Shown here: positions 1 to 9,908 of the stretch, piece after piece
Layout: each line of letters starts with the position of its first letter
How positions within the stretch are numbered: position 1 is the first letter of the stretch
NCBI GenBank assembly: GCA_963666515.2
Contig: OY762897.2
Location: 2,752,001-2,816,000, forward strand
Source: Candidatus Binatia bacterium
GTDB taxonomy: Bacteria; Desulfobacterota; Binatia; UBA9968; JAJDTQ01
DNA length: 64,000 bases
Direction of reading: 5' to 3'
Translations under genes and position numbers: made by a program
The notes under the pieces: generated by a model
The model's input: the letters and a program-made list of their open reading frames with translations, nothing else
Database searches by the model: none
What the model was told of the DNA's origin: nothing

Positions 1-335
1 AGGACCGCGAGAAGCTCATCAACCAGGCGCGGGGCTACCGCGAAGACCTCATCCCCAAGGCCCGAGGCGAGGTCCAGGAGATCGTCCAGGCGGCGGAGGC
101 CTACAAGGAGGAGCGGACCTTGAGGGCCAAGGGTGACGGCTCCCGGTTCAACGCGGTCCTGACGGAATACCGCAAGGCGCCACGGGTGACCCGGGAGCGG
201 ATGCACCTCGAGGCCATCGAGCGTGTGCTCCCCAACGTCGACAAGATCATCGTGGACGCGCAGGGGGCAAAGAACGTGGTGCCGCTGCTGCCGCTCAAGA
301 ACATGTCGGGACTTCCGGGAGTGGGAGGCAAGTGA
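1..335 (+). CDS. hflK: FtsH modulator HflK, C-terminal part (5' truncated by window edge)
   Basis: Frame 3 reads DREKLINQARGY...PKARGE...AEAYKEE...AKGDGSRFNAVLTEYRKAPRVTRERMHLEAIERVL, the typical HflK C-terminus; directly upstream of hflC. Confidence 0.9.
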   Translation, partial: DREKLINQARGYREDLIPKARGEVQEIVQAAEAYKEERTLRAKGDGSRFNAVLTEYRKAPRVTRERMHLEAIERVLPNVDKIIVDAQGAKNVVPLLPLKNMSGLPGVGGK

Positions 336-1333
336 TGAACCGTTCCTACATCGTCGGCATCATCGTGGGCGCCATCGTGGTGGTCCTGCTGTTCCCGCCC
401 GTCCGGCCGTTCTTCGTGGTGGGGGAATGGCAGCAGTCCATCGTCACCCAGTTCGGCAAGTTCAAGCGCGCACTGCGGGAACCCGGGCTTCACTGGAAGA
501 CGCCCATCGTAGAAGACGTCACCATGTACGAGCGTCGTATTCTCGCCAGCGACGCGCAACCCAGGGACTACCTCACCCTGGACAAGAAGCGCGTGGTGGT
601 GGACCACGTGACCCGGTGGCAGATCAGCGATCCCTTCCAGTTCTTCAAGACCGCCCTGACCGAGCAGCGGGGACGGCTGCTGCTGGACGACATCGTGTTC
701 TCCGAATTGCGCCAGGAGCTGGCGTCGCGGAACTTCGCCGACATCATCGCGGGCCAGCGGGAGGCGGCCATGGAGGCCGTGGCCAAACGCTCCGCGGAAA
801 AGGCCAAGAGCGAGTACGGCGTCACCGTGGTCGACGTCCGGGTCAAACGCGCGGACCTCCCCTCCGAGGTGCAGACGAGCGTTTTCGAGCGCATGCGCGC
901 GGAACGCGAGCGCATCGCCAAGCGCTACCGCTCGGAGGGCGAGGAGGAGTCCAAGAAGATTCGCGCCCTGACCGACAAGGAAAAGACGATTCTCCTGGCG
1001 GAAGCCTACCGCCAGAGCCAGAAGCTGCGCGGCGAGGGTGACGGCGCAGCCACGGCCATCTACGCCGCCTCGTACGGACAGGACCCCGAGTTCTACAGCT
1101 TCACCCGGAGCCTGGAGGCCTACGAGAAGTTCCTGCCGGAGAAGAGCACCGCCATCCTGTCGGAAGAGTCGCGCCTGTTCCGGCACCTGGGCAGCGCCCA
1201 GCTCGGCGGTCTCCCGGAGGTGCCGGACGCGGCTGCGCCGGCCGCTGCCCCGGCGCCCGTTCCCACCCCGGACACGGGGGCCAAGGAAGCCAAAGCCGCG
1301 GAGACAACGGGCACGGAAACCAAGGGCATGTAG
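332..1333 (+). CDS. hflC: FtsH modulator HflC (SPFH family)
   Basis: N-terminal TM; QFGK...EPGLHWKTP, LTLDKKRVVVD, VFERMRAERERIA, YGQDPEFYSFTRSLEAY motifs; start overlaps the hflK stop. Confidence 0.93.
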   Translation: MMNRSYIVGIIVGAIVVVLLFPPVRPFFVVGEWQQSIVTQFGKFKRALREPGLHWKTPIVEDVTMYERRILASDAQPRDYLTLDKKRVVVDHVTRWQISDPFQFFKTALTEQRGRLLLDDIVFSELRQELASRNFADIIAGQREAAMEAVAKRSAEKAKSEYGVTVVDVRVKRADLPSEVQTSVFERMRAERERIAKRYRSEGEEESKKIRALTDKEKTILLAEAYRQSQKLRGEGDGAATAIYAASYGQDPEFYSFTRSLEAYEKFLPEKSTAILSEESRLFRHLGSAQLGGLPEVPDAAAPAAAPAPVPTPDTGAKEAKAAETTGTETKGM

Positions 1334-1350
1334 GCCAGAGGACGAGCAGA

Positions 1351-2451
1351 ATGAAGATCGAGAGCCTGGGCAACTTCGAACGGGTGGACCGCAACGCCGA
1401 GGTGATGGACACACCCTACGACCGCTGGGTCGAGTCCCAGGGGGTGGACGTGATCCGGGGCTACTTCGTCCAGGACCTCAAGGAAGTGCCGATGAAGTGG
1501 TGGGACCGCAAGGGCGGCCACGGCGTCTACATCAACCTGGAAGGGGCCGGCTACCTGGACGACGCCTTCGTGGTGTCGATTCCGCCGGGCAAGAGCCTCA
1601 ACCCGGAGAAGCACATCTACGACGAGCTCGTCTACGTGCTGTCCGGCCGTGGCGCCACCACCCTGTGGCAAGGCGACGGCAAGGGGCAGAGCTTCGAGTG
1701 GCAGGAGGGAAGCCTGTTCGCGATTCCCGTGAACGCCACCTACCAGCACTTCAACGGGTCAGGCGACCGGGAGGCCAAGCTCCTGGGCGTGACCAACGCG
1801 CCGCTGGTCCACAACATCTTCCACAACGTGGACTTCGTGATGGGCAACTCCTACGTCTTCAGGGACCGCCTCGGCGACGACCAGGACTTCCGCGGCCATG
1901 CGCGCCTCTACAACGACCGGGTGCTGGAGACCAACTTCGTCCCGGACGTGGCCAACATCGAGCCCATCGCCTGGGAAGCCCGCGGCAAGGGCAGCCGCAC
2001 GGTGTTCTTCGAGCTGGTGAACAGCCACATGGGCGCCCACGTCTCCGAGTTCCCGGTGGGCCGCTACAAGAAGGCCCACCGCCACGGCCCCGGCGCCCAC
2101 GTGATGATCCTGTCCGGCGAAGGCTATTCGCTCATGTGGCCCGAGGGCGAGGAGAAGCAGCAGTTCATCTGGAAACCCGGCTCCCTGGTGGTGCCGCCCG
2201 AGGGCTGGTTCCACCAGCACTTCAACTCCGGCCCCCAGCCGGCCCGCTACCTCGCCCTCAAGATGCTGAGCCGCATGTTCAAGCTCGTCCCCGGCCCGAT
2301 CCAGTCCGACGTCCCCCTCAACCAGGGCGGCTGGCAGATCGAGCACGAAGACGAGGACGACGACGTCATCCAGCTCTTCGTCGACGCCTGCGGCGCCTCC
2401 GGCGCCAAGGTGGACATGACGCACATCCTGGAGCGGCAAGGGGCGGCGTAG
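1351..2451 (+). CDS. Bicupin protein (gentisate-dioxygenase-like cupin family, substrate unknown)
   Basis: Two cupin motif sets (PEKHIYDELVYVLSGRG...YQHFNG; KAHRHGPGAHVMILSGEG...WFHQHFN). Confidence 0.75.
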   Translation: MKIESLGNFERVDRNAEVMDTPYDRWVESQGVDVIRGYFVQDLKEVPMKWWDRKGGHGVYINLEGAGYLDDAFVVSIPPGKSLNPEKHIYDELVYVLSGRGATTLWQGDGKGQSFEWQEGSLFAIPVNATYQHFNGSGDREAKLLGVTNAPLVHNIFHNVDFVMGNSYVFRDRLGDDQDFRGHARLYNDRVLETNFVPDVANIEPIAWEARGKGSRTVFFELVNSHMGAHVSEFPVGRYKKAHRHGPGAHVMILSGEGYSLMWPEGEEKQQFIWKPGSLVVPPEGWFHQHFNSGPQPARYLALKMLSRMFKLVPGPIQSDVPLNQGGWQIEHEDEDDDVIQLFVDACGASGAKVDMTHILERQGAA

Positions 2452-2559
2452 GGTTCGACGAAAATTCGCTTGCGAGGCCTCAACTGTAGCTTGTCCGACC
2501 GGCTTCTCGCTTTGGTCTTGTCCTGGGAATTCTGGGGTGTTAGTCTTTAACCCAGAATA

Positions 2560-5412
2560 ATGACGATCACGCCCAGAACCAACAAGTACCTGTACGAGAT
2601 CGAGCTTGGTGGCTCCCCTGCCGTCTTCGAGGAAAGCGGACAATATTTCCTCAGAGGCGAGGAAGCCTATCCGAGCTACGATGAGATCGAGTCATCGGAT
2701 GAGTTGCGCGATCCCAAAAAGGTCCAAAATGGACTGCGGCAAATTGACTGGACCTTCGCAACAGATGACACCGGGTTCCTCACGCACGATCTGCACCCGT
2801 ACCCCGCAAAGTTCATTCCACAGATACCGGGAAACTGCATAGCCCGCCTTTCCCTGCCCGGAGAAGTCGTTCTTGATCCTTTTGGAGGAAGCGGAACCAC
2901 GGCGCTGGAAGCTGTACGGTTGGGACGGAGGGCGTTCAGTATCGATGCCAACGCCGTTGGGACGCTTATAGGCAAGGTCAAGACCTGCAACCTTGACAGA
3001 ACAGCCACGGCGGACCTTCATTCACTACAAATCTTTCTCACAACGCGCCTCGTCGATTTGCCGACCGCAGACACACTGCGGGACGAATACGAGAAATGGA
3101 TTCCGGAGATTCCCAACGTAGAGAAGTGGTTCCCCACCTCTTCCTTGGGAGAACTCGCGATGATCCGCTCGAAGATCATGAAGATGGAAAGCGTCAAGGC
3201 ACGCGACATCTCATTCCTGGCACTTTCACGCATCGTCCTGAGCGTTTCCTTTCAAGACTCTGAAACCCGCTACTCAAGCAGACCCCGAGACGTTCCTCAA
3301 GGTGAAACGCTGAAACGCTTTCTGGTGGCTCTTGACATCATCATCAGGAATGTCCGTTGCACCCAGTCGGCAATCCGCTACGGCGTCAGTGACTTCCAAA
3401 CCGCTGACGCCAGAAGTCTTCTTCAGGGGATTTGCAAGGCCGATTCCGTCGACTTGATCGTGACGTCGCCACCGTACGGCAATGCCAATGACTATCATCT
3501 TTACCACAGGTTCAGACTCCTTTGGCTGGGTCACGATCCTCGTGCCCTTGCCAAGGTCGAGATCGGGTCTCACCTGCGCCACCAAAAGGAAGCGACCGGT
3601 TTCGACGCCTACCGCGGAGAAATGCAGGAGTGCCTCGCAGGTATGTACCGGGTCCTGAAACCCGGTCGCTATGCTGTCCTCGTTGTGGGAGACGCGATCT
3701 ACAAAAAGGTCCTCTACCACGGCGCCGAGTCACTCAAGGAGGAGGCCAAGGCCGTCGGCTTCGAATCAGTATCCATAATCGAACGTCGCCTGCACCAAAC
3801 GAAACGTTCTTTTGCCGCGGCCGGCAGGCGGGCCACTACGGAAAAGATATTGGTTCTTCGCAAACCTGCCACTGACCTCTCGGTCTGGTTTCAGGCGCCG
3901 CCGTACAGGCTCTGGCCGTACGAAAGTGTTCTTCGGGCTCGGGAGTTGACGACGCTCCTGGGCGTAAGACAGTCCGGAACGAACCGACCGCCCTTCTCGG
4001 CCACCCTGGACCCCTATACGGCAACAGAAGCGCGAAGGCTCGTCTTCACTCACGGCATCGGTCAAAGCGCGCTTGACGTCGCGCCCACGTGGCAGGCCAT
4101 GGTCGAAAACGGTCTCGCCGTGCAGCCATCGGCCCGGAAGGACCCCAAGTACGTCACCCACGGCCTGCACCCTTACAAAGGCAAGTTCTATCCTCAACTC
4201 GCCAAGGGCTTGATGAACCTGTGCGTACTGCCGCCGGGGACCACCGTTCTTGATCCGTTCTGCGGCAGCGGCACCACTCTCCTCGAAGCCTATCTCAACG
4301 GTCACCGGGCCTATGGATGTGACATGAACCCGTTGGCCGCCAAGATAGCAAACGCAAAAGTCGGAATATTGGAGGTCAACCCGGACGTCGTGAGGGACGC
4401 TCTGGGCACGCTGGTCAGTCGCCTCGAGAGCGCCCCAATCCAGCCTCCGAGAGACGTGGATCAGTTCGACGCGCGATGTCTGGATGAAATTGCAGACTGG
4501 TTTCCCGAGAAGGTCGTCTCGAAGATAAACTGGCTACTTCGATCAATCAGAGCGGTCAGCGACGGTGTGGTCCGCGATTTCCTCGAAATCGTGCTCAGCA
4601 GCATCATCCGCAATGTGTCGCATCAAGATCCGAATGACCTCCGAATCCGTCGCAGAAAAGACCCTATAGAAGACGCGGATGTCTTCGGCCTGTATCTGGA
4701 CGCATTGGATACACAGTACGAACGGATCGAGAAGTTCTGGTCAATCCGCGGCCATTCCCCTAGACGCTTTCACTCGTGCCGCGTAGCAGCGGGGGATTCC
4801 AGGGAAGCATGGGCTTTTGAACAAATCGGCCTTTCCGGGGCCAGCGTTGACTTGTTGCTCACCAGTCCCCCGTACGCGACCGCGCTACCTTACATCGACA
4901 CGGACCGGCTCTCTCTGCTGTTGCTCTTCAACATGGACTCGTCCTCGCGGAGGCCGGTCGAACATGACCTGATCGGTAGCCGGGAAATAGTCGGGAAAAG
5001 GAAGAAAGCCTTGGAGGACGGCATCCATGACCCCGAAGTCACCAGGCCCGAGAGCGTTCGGGTGTTTCTTCAGGATCTCCAGGAGCGCGTGGCTTCGGCC
5101 GATGTAGGCTTCAGGAGGAAGAACATGCCCGCTCTGCTGGCACGCTTCTTTTGCGACATGGACGCTGTCATGACCCAATGCCGGCGGGTCATGCGGCCCG
5201 GCGCGGAAGCGATGATCGTGATCGGCGATAATCGGATGCGACTAGACACCGATTACGAAAGAATACCCACCACCGACCTCGTGCAGGACATTGCGGTTGC
5301 AAGAGGCTTCTCCCTTGTGGAACGGATCGACATTTCAGTCACGACAGAAAACCTGGTCCACATCAGGAACGCCATCACAAAGAATGTCGTGCTCAGACTT
5401 TGCCGGTCGTGA
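2560..5412 (+). CDS. Fused double DNA amino-methyltransferase (two N4C/N6A MTase modules, SPPY type)
   Basis: Module 1: HPYPAKF...VLDPFGGSGTT...LIVTSPPY. Module 2: HPYKGKF...VLDPFCGSGTT...LLLTSPPY. Lower GC than flanks. Confidence 0.88.
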   Translation: MTITPRTNKYLYEIELGGSPAVFEESGQYFLRGEEAYPSYDEIESSDELRDPKKVQNGLRQIDWTFATDDTGFLTHDLHPYPAKFIPQIPGNCIARLSLPGEVVLDPFGGSGTTALEAVRLGRRAFSIDANAVGTLIGKVKTCNLDRTATADLHSLQIFLTTRLVDLPTADTLRDEYEKWIPEIPNVEKWFPTSSLGELAMIRSKIMKMESVKARDISFLALSRIVLSVSFQDSETRYSSRPRDVPQGETLKRFLVALDIIIRNVRCTQSAIRYGVSDFQTADARSLLQGICKADSVDLIVTSPPYGNANDYHLYHRFRLLWLGHDPRALAKVEIGSHLRHQKEATGFDAYRGEMQECLAGMYRVLKPGRYAVLVVGDAIYKKVLYHGAESLKEEAKAVGFESVSIIERRLHQTKRSFAAAGRRATTEKILVLRKPATDLSVWFQAPPYRLWPYESVLRARELTTLLGVRQSGTNRPPFSATLDPYTATEARRLVFTHGIGQSALDVAPTWQAMVENGLAVQPSARKDPKYVTHGLHPYKGKFYPQLAKGLMNLCVLPPGTTVLDPFCGSGTTLLEAYLNGHRAYGCDMNPLAAKIANAKVGILEVNPDVVRDALGTLVSRLESAPIQPPRDVDQFDARCLDEIADWFPEKVVSKINWLLRSIRAVSDGVVRDFLEIVLSSIIRNVSHQDPNDLRIRRRKDPIEDADVFGLYLDALDTQYERIEKFWSIRGHSPRRFHSCRVAAGDSREAWAFEQIGLSGASVDLLLTSPPYATALPYIDTDRLSLLLLFNMDSSSRRPVEHDLIGSREIVGKRKKALEDGIHDPEVTRPESVRVFLQDLQERVASADVGFRRKNMPALLARFFCDMDAVMTQCRRVMRPGAEAMIVIGDNRMRLDTDYERIPTTDLVQDIAVARGFSLVERIDISVTTENLVHIRNAITKNVVLRLCRS

Positions 5413-5430
5413 CTTGCCGCCAGGAGCGCG

Positions 5431-6675
5431 TTACGCGTAGCCGAACCGACGTGGGCTGTTCTGTACCGGCTGCGTGCAACAACCCACCCAGGCCTTGTAT
5501 TCCGCAGTACCCTGACGAGCAAGCACGCACTCGTACTCAGCGTCGGGAGCCGAAATCCGCCGTATACGGACCACGTCCCCTGCATCCGCGCCCGCGTCAA
5601 CAAGAGGGCGAATATAGAATCGGAAGTCCGAGCTGTTCTCGTACATATACATCCGGACTTCCTGGACCGTCACCTCGTCAGGAGAACCGGCACTGAGAAA
5701 CCGCCAGATTGGCCTCCAGTTCCAATAAACACGGGTTTTCCCGGTCCGAGGACTTTCGTCTCTGGTGTACTCGCCTTGCCAGCCCCAGAACTCTTTCGCC
5801 AACCGCACCGCTTCAAGCGGTACTCTCGCCTCACCGGGAATGCTGCTGCCCTGCAACTTCGGAAGGGTCATGTAGAATGCGGCCGGCAGCAAAGGGTCGC
5901 TTGCCGCGTCATCAATGGGCGGCCGCTGGGGCTCTTGCGACGCCTTGCGTCCACCTTTTCGGGCTTCTCTGCTCCGTCGACGGACGTCCTTCAGAAGACG
6001 TTCGAGGAGGATCGCCGGCAACGGTGGAGGCGGTTCAATATCCTCGGTTCCGAAGGTGAATGCTCCATGCGCGCGTTGACCCCTTTTCTTCCTCCCGGCA
6101 ACGTCTCTCCCGATGCGCGCCTCCGCTTCCGTTGGAATCTCCTTGTTGGCGATCAGTTTACCGAGCAAACCATCCGTGAGTCTGCGAGCCGTCGGGCCAC
6201 TTGGGTGGAGAAACCGGTCCAGAGACTTGCAGGCCTCGTTGAAGGCTGCCTCATCAGATGGGATCAGATACGTGACCAGGGCCGCGCTTTCGTAGTTCCG
6301 AAAGAACCCTCCTTCGGTAAGGTTGTTCGATCCTGTGATAATCGTCGCACGGTCGTGCCACTCAAAAAGGTACAGCTTCGGGTGGAACGTATGGCCCGGC
6401 ACGCGGTGCTTGACCACGTATACATCGACAGCCCAGTCCAGCAGTTCCTTCAGTACTTCTTGACTCGTACCACCAAGATCGATTCCCAGAACGAACCTTA
6501 TGTCCGTGCCGGAGGCGTGGAGTTCAAGAATGTCCTCCTTGATCCGGATGACCGTCTGAAGTCCAACGAAGGCAGAGACGAAGACGACACGCGACGGTCT
6601 TGGGTCCGATTCAAGCATTCCTGCCAGAACGAGCCCAAGTTGTGTATCAGGCTGCGCTATATACTCTACATGCAT
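5431..6675 (-). CDS. Phospholipase D-superfamily restriction endonuclease (BfiI/NgoFVII-like)
   Basis: FVSAF, FHPKLYLFE (HxK motif), ITGSNNLT...NYE; separate C-terminal putative DNA-recognition domain; convergent with the MTase. Confidence 0.8.
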   Translation of the reverse strand: MHVEYIAQPDTQLGLVLAGMLESDPRPSRVVFVSAFVGLQTVIRIKEDILELHASGTDIRFVLGIDLGGTSQEVLKELLDWAVDVYVVKHRVPGHTFHPKLYLFEWHDRATIITGSNNLTEGGFFRNYESAALVTYLIPSDEAAFNEACKSLDRFLHPSGPTARRLTDGLLGKLIANKEIPTEAEARIGRDVAGRKKRGQRAHGAFTFGTEDIEPPPPLPAILLERLLKDVRRRSREARKGGRKASQEPQRPPIDDAASDPLLPAAFYMTLPKLQGSSIPGEARVPLEAVRLAKEFWGWQGEYTRDESPRTGKTRVYWNWRPIWRFLSAGSPDEVTVQEVRMYMYENSSDFRFYIRPLVDAGADAGDVVRIRRISAPDAEYECVLARQGTAEYKAWVGCCTQPVQNSPRRFGYA

Positions 6676-6771
6676 CTACAGATGGACGCCGATTCTCATC
6701 TTGGTGTGCTTACCCTTTGCAGGAGGGTACCCGCGCTCCCTGTGGCGTACTCCGACCCCTGATAGGTACCC

Positions 6772-7734
6772 CTACTGCGGCCTTAGCCGCTCGATGGTCG
6801 CGATGTAGTCCTTGATGCCGGCTTCGAGGTCGTAGGCCGGGGTGAAGCCCAGGTGCTCCTTGGCCTTGCTGATGTCGAAGATGCAGTAGCTCTTCTTCTC
6901 GGTCATGCGGAACTCCAGACCGGAGCTGATCTCGATCTTGCTGTCCGGATAGAGCCCGCCGAGGATGCGCTTGAAGTCGTGGAGCGTGACACCCACGCCG
7001 GTGCCGATGTTAAAGGTGCGCTCAGCCGGGTCCTTGACCTGAAGGCCCAGGATGATGGAGCGGGCCACGTCGCCCACGTAGAGGGCCTCGTTGGACTGGT
7101 CTCCACCCTCGGCCGAGAAGCCTTCTCCGGACATCACCTTCTCGATCATCTGGCCGTAGAGCGACAGCGCGCCGTGGCGCACTTCTTTGCCGGGACCGTA
7201 GATGGAGCCGAAGCGCAGCACCACCGAGCTGACGCCGTACTTCTTCTGGTAGTAGGTGCACAGGGTCTCGCAGCAGACCTTGATGGTGCCGTAGAGGTCC
7301 GCCGGGTTCTGGGGGTGCTCCTCGTTCACGGGCACGTAATCGGGGTAGGCATGTTTCCCGAAGATCTCGCCGTACACCGCCTTTGAGCTGGTGAACACCA
7401 CCCGCTCCAGGCCCCGGTGCCGCGCGATCTCCAGCACGTTGAGGGTTCCGTCCACGCCGACCTTGATGCCCAGCGCCGGGTCCGTCTCCGCCGGAATGGG
7501 CATCAGCGCGGCCAGATGGGCGACGTGGGTGATGCCGTTGTCGACGATGATCTTGTCCAGGCCCTCAGGGTCCAGGATATCCCCGATCACCAGGTCCACG
7601 TCCTTCTCGATATCCGAGATCAGCGAAGTGTCCATCCGGTTGTCCATCAGCACCGGCCGCACACCGTCCCGGATCAGATGCCTCGCGGTGACCGCGCCGT
7701 TGACGCCCATGCCGCCCGTGATCAGAATCTTCAT
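6772..7734 (-). CDS. NAD-dependent epimerase/dehydratase (extended SDR)
   Basis: ITGGMGVNG Rossmann motif, FTSS, YxxxK (YGTIK), LRFGSIYGPG. Confidence 0.88.
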   Translation of the reverse strand: MKILITGGMGVNGAVTARHLIRDGVRPVLMDNRMDTSLISDIEKDVDLVIGDILDPEGLDKIIVDNGITHVAHLAALMPIPAETDPALGIKVGVDGTLNVLEIARHRGLERVVFTSSKAVYGEIFGKHAYPDYVPVNEEHPQNPADLYGTIKVCCETLCTYYQKKYGVSSVVLRFGSIYGPGKEVRHGALSLYGQMIEKVMSGEGFSAEGGDQSNEALYVGDVARSIILGLQVKDPAERTFNIGTGVGVTLHDFKRILGGLYPDSKIEISSGLEFRMTEKKSYCIFDISKAKEHLGFTPAYDLEAGIKDYIATIERLRPQ

Positions 7735-7786
7735 GTGATGCCTCCGTCCCGCCCGTTTTCTTCGGGCGGATTGATTCGCGTTTGCG

Positions 7787-9856
7787 TCACGCCGTGCGCG
7801 TGAGATCCAGATTGCCCTCCGGGTCGACGCGTAGCGCCCAGCCCGGCTCCACCACCGTGGTGGAGGTCTTCTCCTCGACGATGACCGGGCCGTCCAGCGT
7901 TGCGCCCGGCGCCAGATCGTCCCGGCGGAACACCGGCGCGTCGTGCACGCCGTCGAGCATGACGGCGCGGCGGCGCTCCGCGGCCGCGGGCTCCCGCGCG
8001 CCCGTGTCCCCGCCCCGGGACAGCTCCGGCTTGCCGAGCGACGCGTAGGCGGACGCCCGCAGGTTCACCACCTCCACCACCTCGTCGGCCCGGTGGCCGT
8101 AGCGCTGCTCGTGGGCCTGGCCGAACCGCTCGCAGATCTCCTCGACGTTGAGCTTCGCGGGATCCTTGGCGATGGGCACGGTCAATTCGTAGGCCTGCTC
8201 ACGGTAACGCATGTCCAGCAGCCATTCAACACGGATCCGGTCGGGGGACGGCCCCTGGGAGGCCAGCTCGCGCCGGACCTCGTCCTCCAGCTCGCGCAGG
8301 GCCGTCACCGCGTCGGCCAGCGTGTCCGGGTCGAGAGCGAAGACCTTCGTGGTCACCGCGTCCGAGCGCAGGTCGGACAGCAGCATGCCGAAGGCGCTGA
8401 AGTTGCCCGGGTCCGCGGGCACCAGGATGCGCCCGATGCCCAGCGACGAAGCCACCGCGGTGGCCAGCGTCGGCCCCATGCCGCCGAAGGGCGCGAGCAC
8501 GAAGTCCGCGGGATTGAAGCCGCGCTCGATGGTGATGGTGCGCATGGAGGCGACGATGTTGGCCACCAGCACGCGCAGGATTCCCAGCGCCGCGTCGTCC
8601 TCCGACATGCCCAGAGGCGCGGCCACTTCCCCGCGGATGGCCTCGGCCGACAGCTCCGCGTCGATGGCCATCTCGCCCTGGAGCAGCGCCCGGGGATTCA
8701 GGTGGCGGAGCTGCACCAGCGCGTCGGTCAACGTGGGCTGGCCGCCGCCGCGCATGTAGCAGGCCGGTCCGGGGACCGCCCCGGCGCTCTGCGGCCCCAC
8801 CTGGAGCACCTTGCCGTAGCGCACCTGGGCCAGGCTGCCGCCGCCCGCCCCCAGGCTCTCCACCTCCACCGAGTCCACGCGCACGGGATGGCGCCCGATG
8901 CGCCACTCGGTGCGGAACAGCGGCTTTCCCGGTATCAGCGACATGTCGCTGCTGGTGCCGCCGATGTCCAGCGAGATGAGGTTGGAGACGCCGTTGCGCG
9001 CCCCCAGCTCGTAGGCCGCCACCACCCCCGCCACCGGTCCGGACATGAGCGTCTGCACCGGGAAGCGGGCCATGGCCCTGGGCGCGCCGATGCCGCCGTT
9101 GGACTTCATGAGGAAGGGATGGGCCGCGGGGAAGTGCCGCAGCACGGTCTCTTCCATGCCAGCGAAGTACTGTTCCATGCGCGGGCCGAGGTAGGCATTC
9201 AGCACGGTGGTGGCGGTGCGCTCGTACTCGCGCCACACCGGGTTCACCTCCGACGACAGCGACACGAACAGGTCCGGGTAGCGTGAACGGATGTGCTCCG
9301 CGGCCAGCCGCTCGTGCTCCGGGTTCACGTAGGAGAACAGGAAAGCGATGGCCAGCGCTTCGATGCCCTGCTCCATGAGCCCGGCCATGGCCTCGTCGAT
9401 GGCGTCCACGTCCAGGGGCACCAGCACCTCGCCGGACTTGCCGATGCGCTCCGGGACCTCCGCCACCCGCCGCCGCGGCACGAAGCGCTTGCCGCCGGGA
9501 TAGAAGATGTTGAAGACTTCTTCGCCCTTCCACTGGCGGGCGATCTCATAGACGTCGCGGAACCCCCGCGTGGTCAGCAGGCCGGTGCGGCTGCCCTTCT
9601 CCTCCAGCACCGAGTTGAGCGCGTGGGTGGAGCCGTGGAGCAGGTAGGATAGTGCATCGGCGCCCCACTTGGCGCGCAGGTCCGCCAGCACCCCGCCCAG
9701 CACATCCAGCGGCGCCGCGGGATTGGACGGCACCTTGCGCACCTCGCGGATGCGCCCCGTCTCCTCCTCCAGGACCGTGACGTCCGTGAAGGTGCCGCCG
9801 ACGTCGATGCCGATGCGCAATCCCGCGCCGGATTCCTCCATGGTCTTCGCCTTCAC
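7787..9856 (-). CDS. Hydantoinase/oxoprolinase A subunit (N-methylhydantoinase A-like)
   Basis: IGIDVGGTFTD, REYERTATTVLNAYL, SGPVAG, DIGGTSSD, GAGGGS, GPQSAGAVPGPACY; start could be 9841. Confidence 0.92.
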   Translation of the reverse strand: MKAKTMEESGAGLRIGIDVGGTFTDVTVLEEETGRIREVRKVPSNPAAPLDVLGGVLADLRAKWGADALSYLLHGSTHALNSVLEEKGSRTGLLTTRGFRDVYEIARQWKGEEVFNIFYPGGKRFVPRRRVAEVPERIGKSGEVLVPLDVDAIDEAMAGLMEQGIEALAIAFLFSYVNPEHERLAAEHIRSRYPDLFVSLSSEVNPVWREYERTATTVLNAYLGPRMEQYFAGMEETVLRHFPAAHPFLMKSNGGIGAPRAMARFPVQTLMSGPVAGVVAAYELGARNGVSNLISLDIGGTSSDMSLIPGKPLFRTEWRIGRHPVRVDSVEVESLGAGGGSLAQVRYGKVLQVGPQSAGAVPGPACYMRGGGQPTLTDALVQLRHLNPRALLQGEMAIDAELSAEAIRGEVAAPLGMSEDDAALGILRVLVANIVASMRTITIERGFNPADFVLAPFGGMGPTLATAVASSLGIGRILVPADPGNFSAFGMLLSDLRSDAVTTKVFALDPDTLADAVTALRELEDEVRRELASQGPSPDRIRVEWLLDMRYREQAYELTVPIAKDPAKLNVEEICERFGQAHEQRYGHRADEVVEVVNLRASAYASLGKPELSRGGDTGAREPAAAERRRAVMLDGVHDAPVFRRDDLAPGATLDGPVIVEEKTSTTVVEPGWALRVDPEGNLDLTRTA

Positions 9857-9908
9857 GTGTTGAGCCGACTTTCACCACGGGCGAAGGCAGCGCAACACAG
9901 GCGGCCTG

